From Octopus vulgaris (taxonomy: Eukaryota), in assembly GCA_951406725.2 (NCBI GenBank), contig OX597823.1, forward strand, positions 38,212,001 to 38,274,000: a stretch of 62,000 nt of DNA, read 5' to 3'. The notes under the pieces were generated by a model, which saw nothing but the letters and a program-made list of their open reading frames with translations, was not told the origin of the DNA and made no database searches. Numbering within the stretch: position 1 is the stretch's first letter; each line of letters begins with the position of its first letter. Positions 12,879 through 24,965 of this stretch are shown here, in pieces. Made by a program: the position numbers and the translations under genes.

Positions 12879-13896
12879 CTATGAAGGTTCAATCTAAGGA
12901 CAGTTGGCCGGCGACCTACTTTGGAATATATCCATTGTTCTGCCAGTTGCGGGTTGATTAATTAGCTCTGGGTAGACCTGCGACCCCTTTCGGGTGGACT
13001 GAAGTTCGTTCTAAATACCCCTTGAAGAAGAGGAAGAAGAAAGTAGTGAGAAAGACAGAGTAAGGGATCTGAGAGCTGTCATGAGAGAGTGACAGCAACA
13101 GCGTCGATGAAGATAGGCAGATAGGGCTGAGAGCAGATAGAGAGAGTATTTGCAGTGCTAAGACAGATTGAGGGTGGTGAGAGAGCAAGAGGTTTTACAC
13201 AGTCGGTTTTTGGGAGTCAAGGCGAGCGGTTGGAATTTAGGCAGTCGGCAGTTGTGGAGTATTGGGACAGAGAGAGATATATACAGAGGAATAGGCGGCT
13301 GATAGAAAGGAAGTACAATATGAGGCGTTGGCTAATGTAAGGTACGTGAATTGTGTATTGATATGTGAAGAAAAAGAAGGAAAAGGAATTGATGTATCGA
13401 AATGTTGAAAAGAAATGAGACAGTAAAAAGGAATTTAATGAACAATGTGAATTGAGTAAAGGACTTGTTGATGTGTCGATTATCGAGTTGTGGTATTTAT
13501 GTTCAGAATTGTGTTGATACTTGTTACAAAAGAAAGTAGAAAAAGACTTTAAAGAACTGTGAACGTTATTTGTTTAATTGGATTTGAACATTGATTTGTA
13601 ACGTGAATTATTTGTGACATGAACATTGTATACCTGTTTCTTGCATGTGTTTTCTTTAATTGATGATGTTATTGAACTTGATGTGTTGTTACCGGACAGT
13701 TATATTGTATCTGCATGTTGTTAAATGCTTTGATCTGTGGTATACCTGTATGATGTATTGAGTTGTTACTTGCATGTCCTCTTTTAAATGTACCTGATAT
13801 GTATTTGATGTTGTAACGATTGATTGTCATAAACTAGTGTTAATGTAAGCCAATTGCCTTGCCTCTTTGTGTCTCTCTCGATTGCCTCTGTGCTGC

Positions 13897-13941
<45 letters not shown>

Positions 13942-14018
13942 ATCTCTCCTCTCCTTTCTGAGTTTCCGTGGCGAAAACATTCGCTGATCGCCTGAGCGAC
14001 GGCAGGTGGTCCGTAACA
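12877..14018. mobile_element. Probable solo LTR (1142 bp)
   Basis: Starts TGCTATG, ends CGTAACA (imperfect inverted termini, TG...CA); ATAT on both sides within (TA)n; no coding capacity; composition differs from flanks. Confidence 0.6.
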
Positions 14019-14801
14019 ATATATATATATACTATTTTCATATTTTTATTACTTGCTCTAGCTGTTTTTTTATGAATATGATGAATCTTTATTAGAAATC
14101 AGTCTTTCTCTCTTTTTGGACCTATCAAAAAGTTTGAATTGTTCTCTTCTGAACTTACTTTTTCCCTATATATATATGTCAGTTTCTGCCTACCAAATCC
14201 ACTCACAAGGCTTTGGTCAGCCCAAGGCTATAGTAGAATACACTTGCCCAAGGTGAACCTAGAACCATGTGTTTGGGAAGCAAGCTTCTTACCATACAGC
14301 TATGCCTATGTTGTGCTACAGAAGATTCCTAATTATTATCTATGTTGTGTCTTGGATTGTGTTCCATTAAGTTATTTATATGTATACATTTAAATATAAA
14401 TAATATAAGTTAACAAGAATATATGAAAGCTCAAATAAATATTGGCATGGTCATTGATGTCTTCACACCCAACCTGCCAAATATTGTGAATTACCAATGG
14501 AGAATATATTACTAAACTGCTTGCTAACATGATGAGGTCATTGTGTAATTGCTAAACCTGCTCAGTCAGGAGGTGTTACTTCAATTATTGAAGATCATTT
14601 TATTGATAATTGGCAGTGTTGATGAATTTTCATGTCTTATGTTATTAAGTGATTACTGAGTGAACCAATGAGAGAGAGAGTGAGAGTATGTGTGTGTGTG
14701 AGAGAGAGAGAGAGAGACAGAGAGCTAGCTTCTCACAAATTCTTGACTTACTAGAAGTCACAGCTACTTTCTTTAATCAAGAAGGATACAGTATATCTAT
14801 C

Positions 14802-14882
<81 letters not shown>

Positions 14883-15109
14883 CAAAATTGCATTTGACCC
14901 TCTGGCTGACAACTTATGAAGAGTTGGTAGCCTTCTGTGTCTGTTTTCTGTTTATGCATTTATTATTTTTTTTACCTTATATATATATGTGTGCATGTAT
15001 ATAGGTTTGTGTGTGTGTGTAAATATATATATATAGGTGCAGGCATGGGTATGTTGTAAGAGGTTTGCTTCTCAGCCACATCATTCCCGGTTCAGTTTCC
15101 CTGCATGAC

Positions 15110-15520
15110 ACCCAACCTGGCTCCTTCCCCTACTCTCACCCATACTGTCACACCTGCCCCTACCTCTCCAACACCACTATCATCACCAGCATCCACCACT
15201 GCCCCTATCACATCACCAACTCTTTTATCTGCACCTACAGCAATGTCATCTACTACATCTACAGCTCTGTTTGTCCTTCCTTGTACATTGGTCAAATGGA
15301 ATGTCGTTTAGCTGATTAGTTCACTGAGCATCTCTGAGACATCGGACTTGGCAATGGGACCCCGGTCTCATGCCACTTCCATTCAACGGCTCATTTGCTA
15401 CAACATCTGTTTATGTTCAGACTGTCTTTGCACAAAGGTCACTCGGAATCCCACCATGCCATGAACAGGAATTAATATTCTCCCTTCATTCTTTTGTTCC
15501 TTATGACCTTAAATCACCAC
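15110..15520 (+). pseudogene. Second, distinct Penelope-like GIY-YIG remnant
   Basis: HITNSFICTYSNVIYYIYSSVCPSLYIGQMECRLAD*FTEHL*DI...PVSCHF...EQELIFSL: VIY/LYIGQ motif, EH and HF signature with stops. Confidence 0.75.
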
Positions 15521-16334
15521 TCTGCTTCATCTAGCACCAACCCCACACATATTCCCACACACTTTCCACCTTTAAGTACCCCTTCCCTCCACCCCCACAC
15601 TTGTTCACTGCCTAACTCAATACCCTCACCACACACACCATTATATGAACACCCCTATGCACTGTTCAACTCAGTACCCTCACCATTATGCACACTCACA
15701 TGCACATACATTCACACATGTCTCACTCCACACACACCAGCACCCAATACCTCCCAACTCCTAACTCTCATCACCCCTATCCCACCTCGCACTTCCATGC
15801 ATTCCTCCAGAACACACAGTATTCACTCCTAAAAATACATGCAATGCATATGCACACAACATGCCTGAACACAGACGATATACACACTCACACACAATAT
15901 CTATAGACACATACAACATTTGCTATCTAGCCACAGTAGAAACAGAGAAGAGGTTTGCCAATGTCCTACAGCGTGAAGATCAGAGACTTCCAGATTATTC
16001 CAGATTGCTAGACAATGTGTCAGTGTGAATCGAGATAATGTGGGAGAGAAGTGTATGCATATGGATAACAGAATGCTTGCACTTAGTGATGTGAACAAGA
16101 AAGAAGCATGGAAAAGTTATTATGTGAGACTGTTGAATGTAGAGAATTCATGAGATAAAGGGAGTCTCTCTCTCTCATGTGAATATAGCAGAGGGGCTGG
16201 CTATACTAATGGACAGTAGTGTGGTAGATAGGGCAATTAAAAACATGAAAACTTGGAAAGCCAAATCACAATTCCATCCAGAATCACAACTGAGATGCTC
16301 AAAATATCTGGTAAGGTAGGATATAGGTTAGTCA

Positions 16335-16574
16335 CATCATCATCATCGTTTAACGTCTGCTTTCCATGCTAGCATGGGTTGGACGATTTTGACTGAGGGC
16401 TGGCGAGCCAGATGGCTGCACCAGGCACCAATCTTGATCTGGCAGAGTTTCTACAGCTGGATGCCCTTCCTAACGCCAACCACTCCGAGAGTGTAGTGGG
16501 TGCTTTTTACGTGCCACTGGCATGGGGGCCAGTCAGGTGGTACTGGCAATGACCTCACACAAATCACCTGCATA
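16335..16574 (-). mobile_element. SINE with RTE-type 3' tail inserted in the RTE LINE
   Basis: (CAT)n then cgtttaacgtctgctttccatgctagcatgggttggacg...; GTTAGTCA repeated at 16327-34 and 16575-82 (likely TSD). Related copies at ~19530-19790 and ~48560-48900. Confidence 0.85.
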
Positions 16575-18256
16575 GTTAGTCAGATCATTCAAGAAGGTGT
16601 AATACCCAGTGAATAGTGTAGCAGTATAATTGTTAGCTGCTATAAGGGTAAGGGTGATGCTTTAGATAGAAGCAATTATAGAGGCATCAATCTCCTGGAC
16701 CAGGTGATGAAAATTATGGAGAGAGTTATAGTCCAATTAATTAGGAGCAGAATTAGGCTAGACGAAATGCAGTTCAGCTTTGCCTGGGGAAGAAGCACTA
16801 CTGATGCTATTTTCATAGTCAGGCAACTGCAAGAGAAATACTTGGTTAAGAATAAGCCATTATACTTGGCATTCATTTGATCAAGAGAAAGCCATCTATA
16901 GAGTGCTCTGCTGTGTGATATGGTGGGCTCTGGGGAGGCTAGGAGGCTAGGGATAGATGAATGGCTGGTGAAAGCTGTATAGACCATGTGCAAAGACATT
17001 CAGTCATTAGTCCACTCCTCTTCATCATTGTCCTCTAGGCTATAACCTGGGAATTCAAGACTGGCAGCCCCTGGGAACTACTATATACTGATGATCTTGC
17101 CTTCATAGCAGATTCCATGTCAGAGCTAGATGAGAAATTCCAGATGGGGAAGCAAAATCTGGAATCTAAGGGCTTTGTGGTTAACTTAGCAAAGACTAAG
17201 GTTCTAGTAAGCAAAAAACTGACAGGACTCTACTCCTCTCAGGTAGGTGGCCCTGTTCGATTCGTAGGAAAAGTGTGGGCAGGAACTCCATTTGGTGTTC
17301 TCAGTATAAGCTATGGTTGCACAAGAGGTGCGGTGGATTAATATGAAGGTTATCAGATAGTTTTCATATGTGGAAGATGCATAGGATCCATAAAAACTTT
17401 AGAGTCTCAGGAAATTGATTCTCTCAAATGCCCTGGTGGCTCATTATAGGTAATAGATCATTTCTACAACCTAGGGGACCAAATTAGTAGTGGGAGAGGA
17501 TGCACAGAGGGTGTGATAACTAGAATGAGAATAGGATTGAAGAAATTCAGAGGCTGTTACCTTTGTTGGTCAGAGAAGGTTTCTCTCTTCGAGTGAAAGG
17601 AAGATTGTATGATGCATGTATACGGACAGTAATTCTACATGATAGTGAGATGTGGGCCCTGAATGCAGAGGGCAAGTGAAGTTTAGAAAGGAATGAGGCT
17701 AGTATGCTCTGCTGGATGTGTAATGTAACTGTACATGTTCAACAGAGTGCTAATGTTTTGAGAGAGCAGTTAGGTATAAGAAGAATTAGTTGCTGCATGC
17801 AAGAGAGAAAACTGAGCTGGTTTGGTCATGTGATGTAGATGGATGCGATGCTAACAGCTCCATAAAGAAGTGCCAACCTCTCGAGGAAATGGAAGACCCA
17901 GGAAGTCATAGTATGAAGTACCTCAGAACGACCTCAGAACGCTGAACCTTTCAGGTGAAATGACAAAGGACCAATATGCCTGGTGCCTTGCTGTATTCAA
18001 GAAGACCTATACCCTGCAACAGAAATGTTAAGTTTGGTCCCTCTGGTAGTCTTAACCTCCCAACCTCTAACTCATGGTAGTGCCACATAAAAGGACCCAA
18101 GCAGTGCCACGTAAAACCACCTGTACAGAACCATGTAAAACTGCCTATGTGGAGACACATAAAAGCACCGATGTGGTTCCATGTAAAAGCACTCAGCACA
18201 CTCTGAAAGGTGGTTGTCATTAGGAAGAGTATCCAACTATAGAAACCATGCCAAAT

Positions 18257-18489
18257 GAAGGCAGTGAGCAGCCAGAAACGTTAGCACACCAGGTGAAATG
18301 CTTAGCGGTATTTCGCTGCCGTTACATTCTGAGTTCAAATTCCGCTGGGGTCAACTTTGCCTTTCATCCTTTTGGGATCGATAAATTAAGTCCCAGTTAC
18401 GCACTGGGGTCGATGTAATCGACTTAATCCCTTTGTCTGTCCTTGCTTGTCCCCTCTATGTTTAGCCCCTTGTGGGCAATGAAGAAATA
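18257..18489 (+). mobile_element. tRNA-derived SINE family A, young copy with 16-bp TSD
   Basis: B-box-like GAGTTCAAATTCC; central block CTTTGCCTTTCATCCTTTTGGGATCGATAAATTAAGT; AGAAACCATGCCAAAT at 18241-56 and 18490-505. Older copies at about 20110, 20305, 30770, 34790, 35680, 36110, 36340, 36700, 43390, 48285, 53165, 56165, 61115. Confidence 0.9.
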
Positions 18490-19249
18490 AGAAACCATGC
18501 CAAATCAGACTGGAATTTGGTGCAGCTCCCCAGCTTGCTTGGTCTGCTCAAAGCATCCAATCCATGCCAGCATGGACAATGCTATATAAATTAATGGTAA
18601 AATATCTCTTTACCTTCACCCATTTAGTACACTAGATAATGTAATTGCAATGCAATGAAAAAACACTTGTGTATTAATAATTGGGTATTCTACCAGCAGT
18701 ATATTGGATAGATATTATCCCTTGGTTGGATTCACAACCTCTAACTTTCTTGGAGTTATATATATAATATATACATATATCCGAAATGTACAGTATTATA
18801 TATCCATCATGGCTGATCTTACCAATCAGTTTTGCGCAAGAAATACAATGGAGTGTCAGGTAACAATTTGATTATATAACTTTATACTCACCAAAGTTAG
18901 CTGATATGGAAGGTAATATCATTGTCATGTAATGACTGTCTTCCATGTTGACATGGGTTAGATGGTTTGAAAGGGACTGGTAAGCCAGAGGGCTGCCCCA
19001 AGCTCTACTGTCTGCTTTGGTATGGATTTTAAGGCTGGATACTCTTCCTAATGCCATCTATGATCATGTCTTTGTATTTTTCCCCCTGCCATCCCATGAC
19101 TTGGTAGTTTTGCAAAAGAGACCAATAGAATAAGTACCAGGCTTTTAAAAAATCAGTACTGGGGTTAATTCATTCAAAGGAAAAATGCTTCTATGAGGTG
19201 TTCCAGTATGGCTGTCATCTAATGATTGAAACAAAAAAAAGAAAGATGT

Positions 19250-19258
19250 ATATGTATG

Positions 19259-19290
<32 letters not shown>

Positions 19291-19375
19291 TGTATGTATG
19301 TATGTATGTATGTATGTATGTATGTATGTATGTATGTATGTATGTATGTATGTATGTATGTATGTATGTATGTAT
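19250..19375. repeat. (TATG)n microsatellite
   Basis: Directly visible; complementary (TACA)n tracts at ~33465-33593 and ~34115-34200. Confidence 0.97.
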
Positions 19376-20581
19376 GGATGGATGTGTGTGTATGTATGTA
19401 TATGTATGTATGTACCTATATGTATGTATGTATGTGTGTGTATGTATGTATATGTATGTGCATAGATATGCATATGTATATGCTTACACATGCATGCATA
19501 ACATATGTATGTATTGCTAGTGCCACTAGACTGGCTCCTGTGCAGGTGGCACATAAAAAAGCACCATTTGAGTGTGGTCACTGCCAGTATCGCCTGACTG
19601 GCCCTCGTGCCGGTGGCATGTAAAACCACCCACTACACTCTTGGAGTGGCTGGCATTAGGAAGGGCATCCAGCTGTAGAAACTCTACCAAATCAGATTGG
19701 AGCCTGGTGCAGCCATCTGGTTCGCCAGTCCCCAGTTAAATCGTCCAACCCATGCTATCATGGAAAGCAGACGTTAAACAATGATGATAATGATTTCCCT
19801 TTTGCTTTGTTTCTCTTCCTTTGTTTTGTTTGTGTTTTCTTTTTGTTTGTAAAATGCTAAAAATAGTATTTCAGTATAGGAATACAAAGTGAAAAATAAA
19901 AATCTGATCTAACTGTGCTTTTTATTTTACACATACAAGGAGATGCATATGCCACTATTGCAGAATGATGTTAATTGATGCAATATTGTTTATATATAAC
20001 TTACAGCAATGAACAGCTGGTAATGACATGTTGAAACAACTGTAGTGATATATGTAATAAAGAATGTTCAATCCATTTTGTCTTATTAATATTTTTGTAT
20101 GTTTATAAGGTGGTGTGCTGGCAAAATGCTGAGCAGCATTTTGTCTGTCTTTACATCCTGAGTTCAAATTCTGCTGAGGTTGACCTTGCCTTTCATCCTT
20201 TTGTGATTGATAAAATAAGTACCAGTTGAACACTGATGCTGATCTAACTATCTAAACCCTACTCTGAAATTGCTGGCCTTGTGCCAAAAATTGAAACAAA
20301 TTGAGCAGCGAGCTGGCAGAATTGTTATCATGCCAGGCAAAATGGGGAGTAACATTTCATCTGTCATCTTGTTCTGAGTTCAAATTCAAGGTCGACTTTG
20401 CCTTTCATCCTCTCAAGATTGATAAAATAAGTACTAGCTGAGCTCTGAGGTTGATGTAGTTGACTTACTCACTCCTCCAAACTTGCTGGCCTTGTGCCAA
20501 AATTTTGTATGTATATATTTTTATATGTGTGTGTATATATATATACATATATAGGAAAAAAGCAACAAGAATGGATTAAAA

Positions 20582-20669
20582 TCTCGGTACGATCGTTTCG
20601 TACGAGGACATCTTTAATAAGCTACAAAAAATGCAGTGAATACAGATGGCTCGTACTCGTCAGCCGAAA
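20582..20669 (-). ncRNA. Type I hammerhead ribozyme, inverted second copy of 21372-21459
   Basis: Reverse complement of the plus-strand HHR (tctcggtacgatcgtttcgtacgagg...ctcgtactcgtcagccgaaa); all core and stem positions retained. Confidence 0.85.
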
Positions 20670-21371
20670 AACATCAGAGAATTCCCAAACATCAAAAGGG
20701 GTAGATACAAAAGAGGTTGTAAGATTAGCTGCATTGAAGAAAGTTCGATTCGTGGAGATCCGATGAAAGGTTTTAAAGCTATAGAATTTATGCATGTCTA
20801 CATATAGCTCATATTGAATATTTGATCAAGTTGTGTGAAGAAATTTTCGGATACAGTCATGCAAAATTTCTGAAAATCCCGCTACAATATAAGACTGTCA
20901 TTTTGCTTCTCATTTGGATTCCCTGATATTTTTCGCATGATTGTACCCTAAATCTCTTCACAAAACTGGATTATGAACTATAAGGACATACACATATTTT
21001 GTAAGTTCAAGACTTTTTCATCGGATCTCCAAAAAATCGAACTTATCTGCGATTCTTGTAAATGTCAATAACAATCTGTTCCTCTACACGATATGACAGT
21101 CACTTTGCTTTTACTCAGACTTTCCTCTACATGATATGGCAGTCACTTTGCCTCTTACTCGGATTTTCAGAAATTTTGCATGACTGTATCCGAAAATTTC
21201 TTCACACAACTTGATCAAATATTCAATATGAGCTATATGTAGACATGCATAAATTCTATAGCTTTAAAACCTTTCATCGGATCTCCACGAATCGAACTTT
21301 CTTCAATGCAGCTAATCTTACAACCTCTTTTGTATCTACCCCTTTTGATGTTTGGGAATTCTCTGATGTTT

Positions 21372-21459
21372 TTTCGGCTGACGAGTACGAGCCATCTGTA
21401 TTCACTGCATTTTTTGTAGCTTATTAAAGATGTCCTCGTACGAAACGATCGTACCGAGA
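21372..21459 (+). ncRNA. Type I hammerhead ribozyme, structurally intact, palindromic stem III
   Basis: Stem I TTTCGG(21372-77)/CCGAGA(21454-59); core CTGACGA(21378-84); stem II GTACGAG(21385-91)/CTCGTAC(21435-41) extended by CATCT/AGATG; GAA(21442-44); stem III ACGATCGT(21445-52, self-complementary); cleavage triplet GUA, cut predicted after 21453. Confidence 0.85.
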
Positions 21460-21607
21460 TTTTAATCCATTCTTGTTGCTTTTTTCCTATTTGTAATCAC
21501 CCCACTTGTCGTATGGTTAACACCATATAGATTTCCGGTGCATCCTAGTTAAGGACCATATTCAAGTGAATTCTTTAGAATTCACTAGAATCTCAATTAC
21601 TTAACCG

Positions 21608-21826
<219 letters not shown>

Positions 21827-22368
21827 GTATTTGCTGGGGATTGCTGGGGAGGGTTAGCACCTATGGTCTTTGCAGTTATCCTAGACTGGTGAGATCAATA
21901 TCATTCATTAATGTTCTTTTAACAAAAGTTTAGGAAAGAAGGACTAAACATAGTAATTAGTGTAAGGCTTGGACAGGAGGGAGAGTGTTGGAGACAACAA
22001 AGATAATGAGAGGAGAAGAGACAAGTGGTTAGGGAAAACCTGAATGGAGCTCATGACGTGCACCCAGACTGTCTCAAGGAGCAGAGGCCATTATAGTAGT
22101 GGTAGAAATAGCAGAGGGAGGATGATTGTGGCTAGGAAATCTTTGATCAAGGATGACATGTTGCAGTAATATTGATATGAAATATTTTGGTGATCAAAAC
22201 TGTGTAATCTGCATCATGTTTTGGTGGAGAATGTTGCTGGGAAATTGCCATAAGTGATCATAGTTTATAGTGAGTTAGGGCTCCAAACACTAAGTGATCA
22301 TGTTGTAGTGATGGGTGGGAATAATGATGGCAGCAGTGGAGATGGAGTGGTGATAGTGGTGGTGGTTG

Positions 22369-22400
<32 letters not shown>

Positions 22401-22608
22401 ATGATGATAATGGTGGTGATAGTGATGGTGATGGTGGTGCTGATTATGTGCCATATCTATCATTAAATGAACCGTACCTGACATTATTGCTTTTGGTACA
22501 GTGAAAAATTTGGTCCAGAGAAAATTGATTTTCCAATTGATTTTATTATAGACATTGTTTTACTTACTTCAATACATTACAAGTGTACACACATACACAC
22601 ACCTATAT

Positions 22609-22725
<117 letters not shown>

Positions 22726-22859
22726 CACACATATAAGATATATATATATTATGTATAACCCATGCTATCATGGAAAGTGGACGCTAAACGATGATGATGA
22801 TGACACACACACACATATATATATATATATAATGCAGTTCTATATTTAAATGATGAGGA

Positions 22860-22984
22860 ATTATGTGCATTATTTACATTTGAAGGATATTTCATCTTGT
22901 TTCGGATGATATACCCTCCAGCCTTCATCAGTTATCTTGAGGGAAATTTCAAACCTGAGTTCTCATTCCTAAGGTATTTTTTGA

Positions 22985-23073
<89 letters not shown>

Positions 23074-23315
23074 TCACTGCCTGGAATCAAACTTGGGATC
23101 TTGGCGTTAGTAGCCCAAGATTCCAAGTTCGATTCCAGGCAGTGTCCTGAATAATGATAATAATAATAATAATAATGATAATAATAATAATAATAATAAT
23201 AATAACATCGAAAAAGACCTTAGGAATGAGAACCCATGTTTGAAATTTCCCCAAGATACCTGATTAAGGCTGGAGTGAGGACAAACATCCATCAAATGTA
23301 AATAATGTAAATAAT
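22860..23315. mobile_element. Head-to-head foldback of a tRNA-headed SINE with a hammerhead-like 3' tail
   Basis: Arms meet at a 10-nt loop (23105-14); B-box GTTCGATTCC at 23127-36; (TAA)n middle; minus-strand tail reads CTGATGAAGGCTGGAGGGTATATCATCCGAAAC (22931-22899). Confidence 0.75.
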
Positions 23316-23570
23316 ATATATATATTCATCCTTTTACTCTTTTACTTCTTTCAGTCATTTGACTGCAGCCATGCTGAAGCACTGTTATAGAAATCAACCC
23401 CAGAACTTATTCTTTATAAGCCTAGTACTTATTCCATCAGTCTATTTTGCCGAACCACTAAGCTATGGCAACATAAACACACCAAAAGTGGTTGTCAAAT
23501 GATGGTGTGAGGACTTACACAAACACACAAATACATACATACATACAAACATATATATATACATATACAT

Positions 23571-23635
<65 letters not shown>

Positions 23636-23639
23636 AAAT

Positions 23640-23905
23640 TACAGTCTTAAAGATATCGTTAAATTCCATGAATTAACAAGAAGAGTGAGATGGAAGGCTC
23701 TCTTCGATGATAAATAACAGAGTACAGAAGAGAACTTATCCAATAATACCAACGAGGAACTTACCAAAATTAGAAGCAATTTTAAATCTAGAAAAGTCCC
23801 CCCAGCAAACTGAAAATTAGAAAATTTTGAAGATAGTGTATGGAAACTACTTAAAAATATCAAATTTAAGAAAAACCATATATTAAAGTACAAATTCAAA
23901 GAGCT
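23640..23905 (+). pseudogene. Penelope-like element ORF, N-terminal fragment
   Basis: Translates (with stops) to LKDIVKFHELTRRVRWKALF...FKSRKVPPAN*KLENFEDSVWKLLKNIKFKK, matching the RWKA-F/FKS-PP/FE-L-NI-F pattern recalled from PLE N-termini. Confidence 0.55.
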
Positions 23906-24214
23906 TAGTAAATTATATATATATATATATATTACATACATGCATACATACGAAGTGCTTCTTTCAGTTTCCCTCAAATAAATCCACTCACAAGGCTTTG
24001 GTCGGACCATGACTATAGAAGATACTTGCCCAAGGTGCCACACAGTGGGACTGAACCTGGAACCATGTGGTTGGAAAGCAATCACACAGCCACTCCTGCA
24101 CCTATAAATATATATACATATATATATATATATATACAAATATATATGTATACATGTATGTATGTGTGCGTGCATACATGTGTGTATGTGTGTATTTGAG
24201 TAGAAATGCAGAAA

Positions 24215-24925
24215 TAATAGAAACATTAGTTGGCTCATATTCCACGAGGGTGATCCCACCAAGGGAAAATCTGGCATTGTCAGAGGCAGATCCAGCTGGT
24301 TTCCTCGAATGTTTCCTAAACCAGGATGAGTGTTAGATTCATCACTTTGAGTCAAAGACAAAGAAGCAATCAATGTAGTGGGAAACCCTACCTCACCTGT
24401 TTCAAAGAAAACCAAGGTTGTTTCATCTGCAGGAAAAGTGATGGACTCTGTTTTTTGGGGGGTATGTAAAAGGCATTGTGTTTAACTATCTTTGAAAGGG
24501 CCACACTATCAATGGAGAATACTATGCAAACTTGCTGAGGCAGTTATCAAAGGCTATCAAGAACAAACACCAGGAAAACTGACAAAAAGGGCCTTGTTTC
24601 TTCAGCACAATGCTCCAACACACAAGTCCTTGGTTTCAATGGCTGCTCTGCATGACTGTGGCTTTGAACTGGTTGATCAGCCTCCCTATTTTCCCAATTT
24701 GCTCCCATCTGACTATCATTTGTTCCCCAACATAAAAAAAAAACACTTGGCTGGGAACCAGTATTGCAGTGATGAGGACAACATATCTACTGTTGATGAC
24801 TTTTTTGACCAACAGGATGACAGCTCCTTCACCAATGAGATCCAAGTACTGCAACACTGATGGAAGGAATGTGTGGACTGCTAGAGGGACTATGTTGAAA
24901 AGTAAACCTCATTTGGTCACATTCC
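24215..24925 (+). mobile_element. Mariner (DD34D-type) transposase remnant inserted in the PLE
   Basis: ENLALSEADPAGFLECFLNQDEC...SAGKVM.SVF...FLQHNAPTH...PPYFPNLLPSDYHLFP...DYVEK; stops and frameshifts. Confidence 0.92.
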
Positions 24926-24965
24926 AATAATACCCCACCATATTATAGGCACAGTTAATTTTCCT

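Larger units (their letters stand above)
15945..18590 (+). mobile_element. Decayed RTE LINE (pre-RT, RT, C-terminus, 3' UTR) interrupted by two SINEs
   Basis: KKEAWKSYYVRLLNVEN; QFSFA..RSTTDAIFIVRQLQEKY; PWELLYTDDL; KTKVLVS; RERKLSWFGHV; internal deletions, stops and frameshifts. Confidence 0.88.
20551..21490. repeat. Near-perfect inverted repeat (foldback): arms 20551-20879 and 21161-21490, ~280-bp spacer
   Basis: Arms match base for base by eye except a 1-nt difference in an A/T run (20666-70 vs 21369-74). Spacer holds a diverged direct copy of arm sequence (~20917-21045) and a ~42-bp tandem duplication (~21079-21160). Confidence 0.95.

Noticed and set aside
18257-18330. tRNA genes at SINE heads
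   Set aside because: B-box present but no complete cloverleaf, and each continues into a SINE body; no true tRNA, rRNA or CRISPR feature was found.
19198-19629. ORFs of YI, MYVC, HT and CV repeats here and throughout the track
   Set aside because: Microsatellite translations that lack stops by chance.
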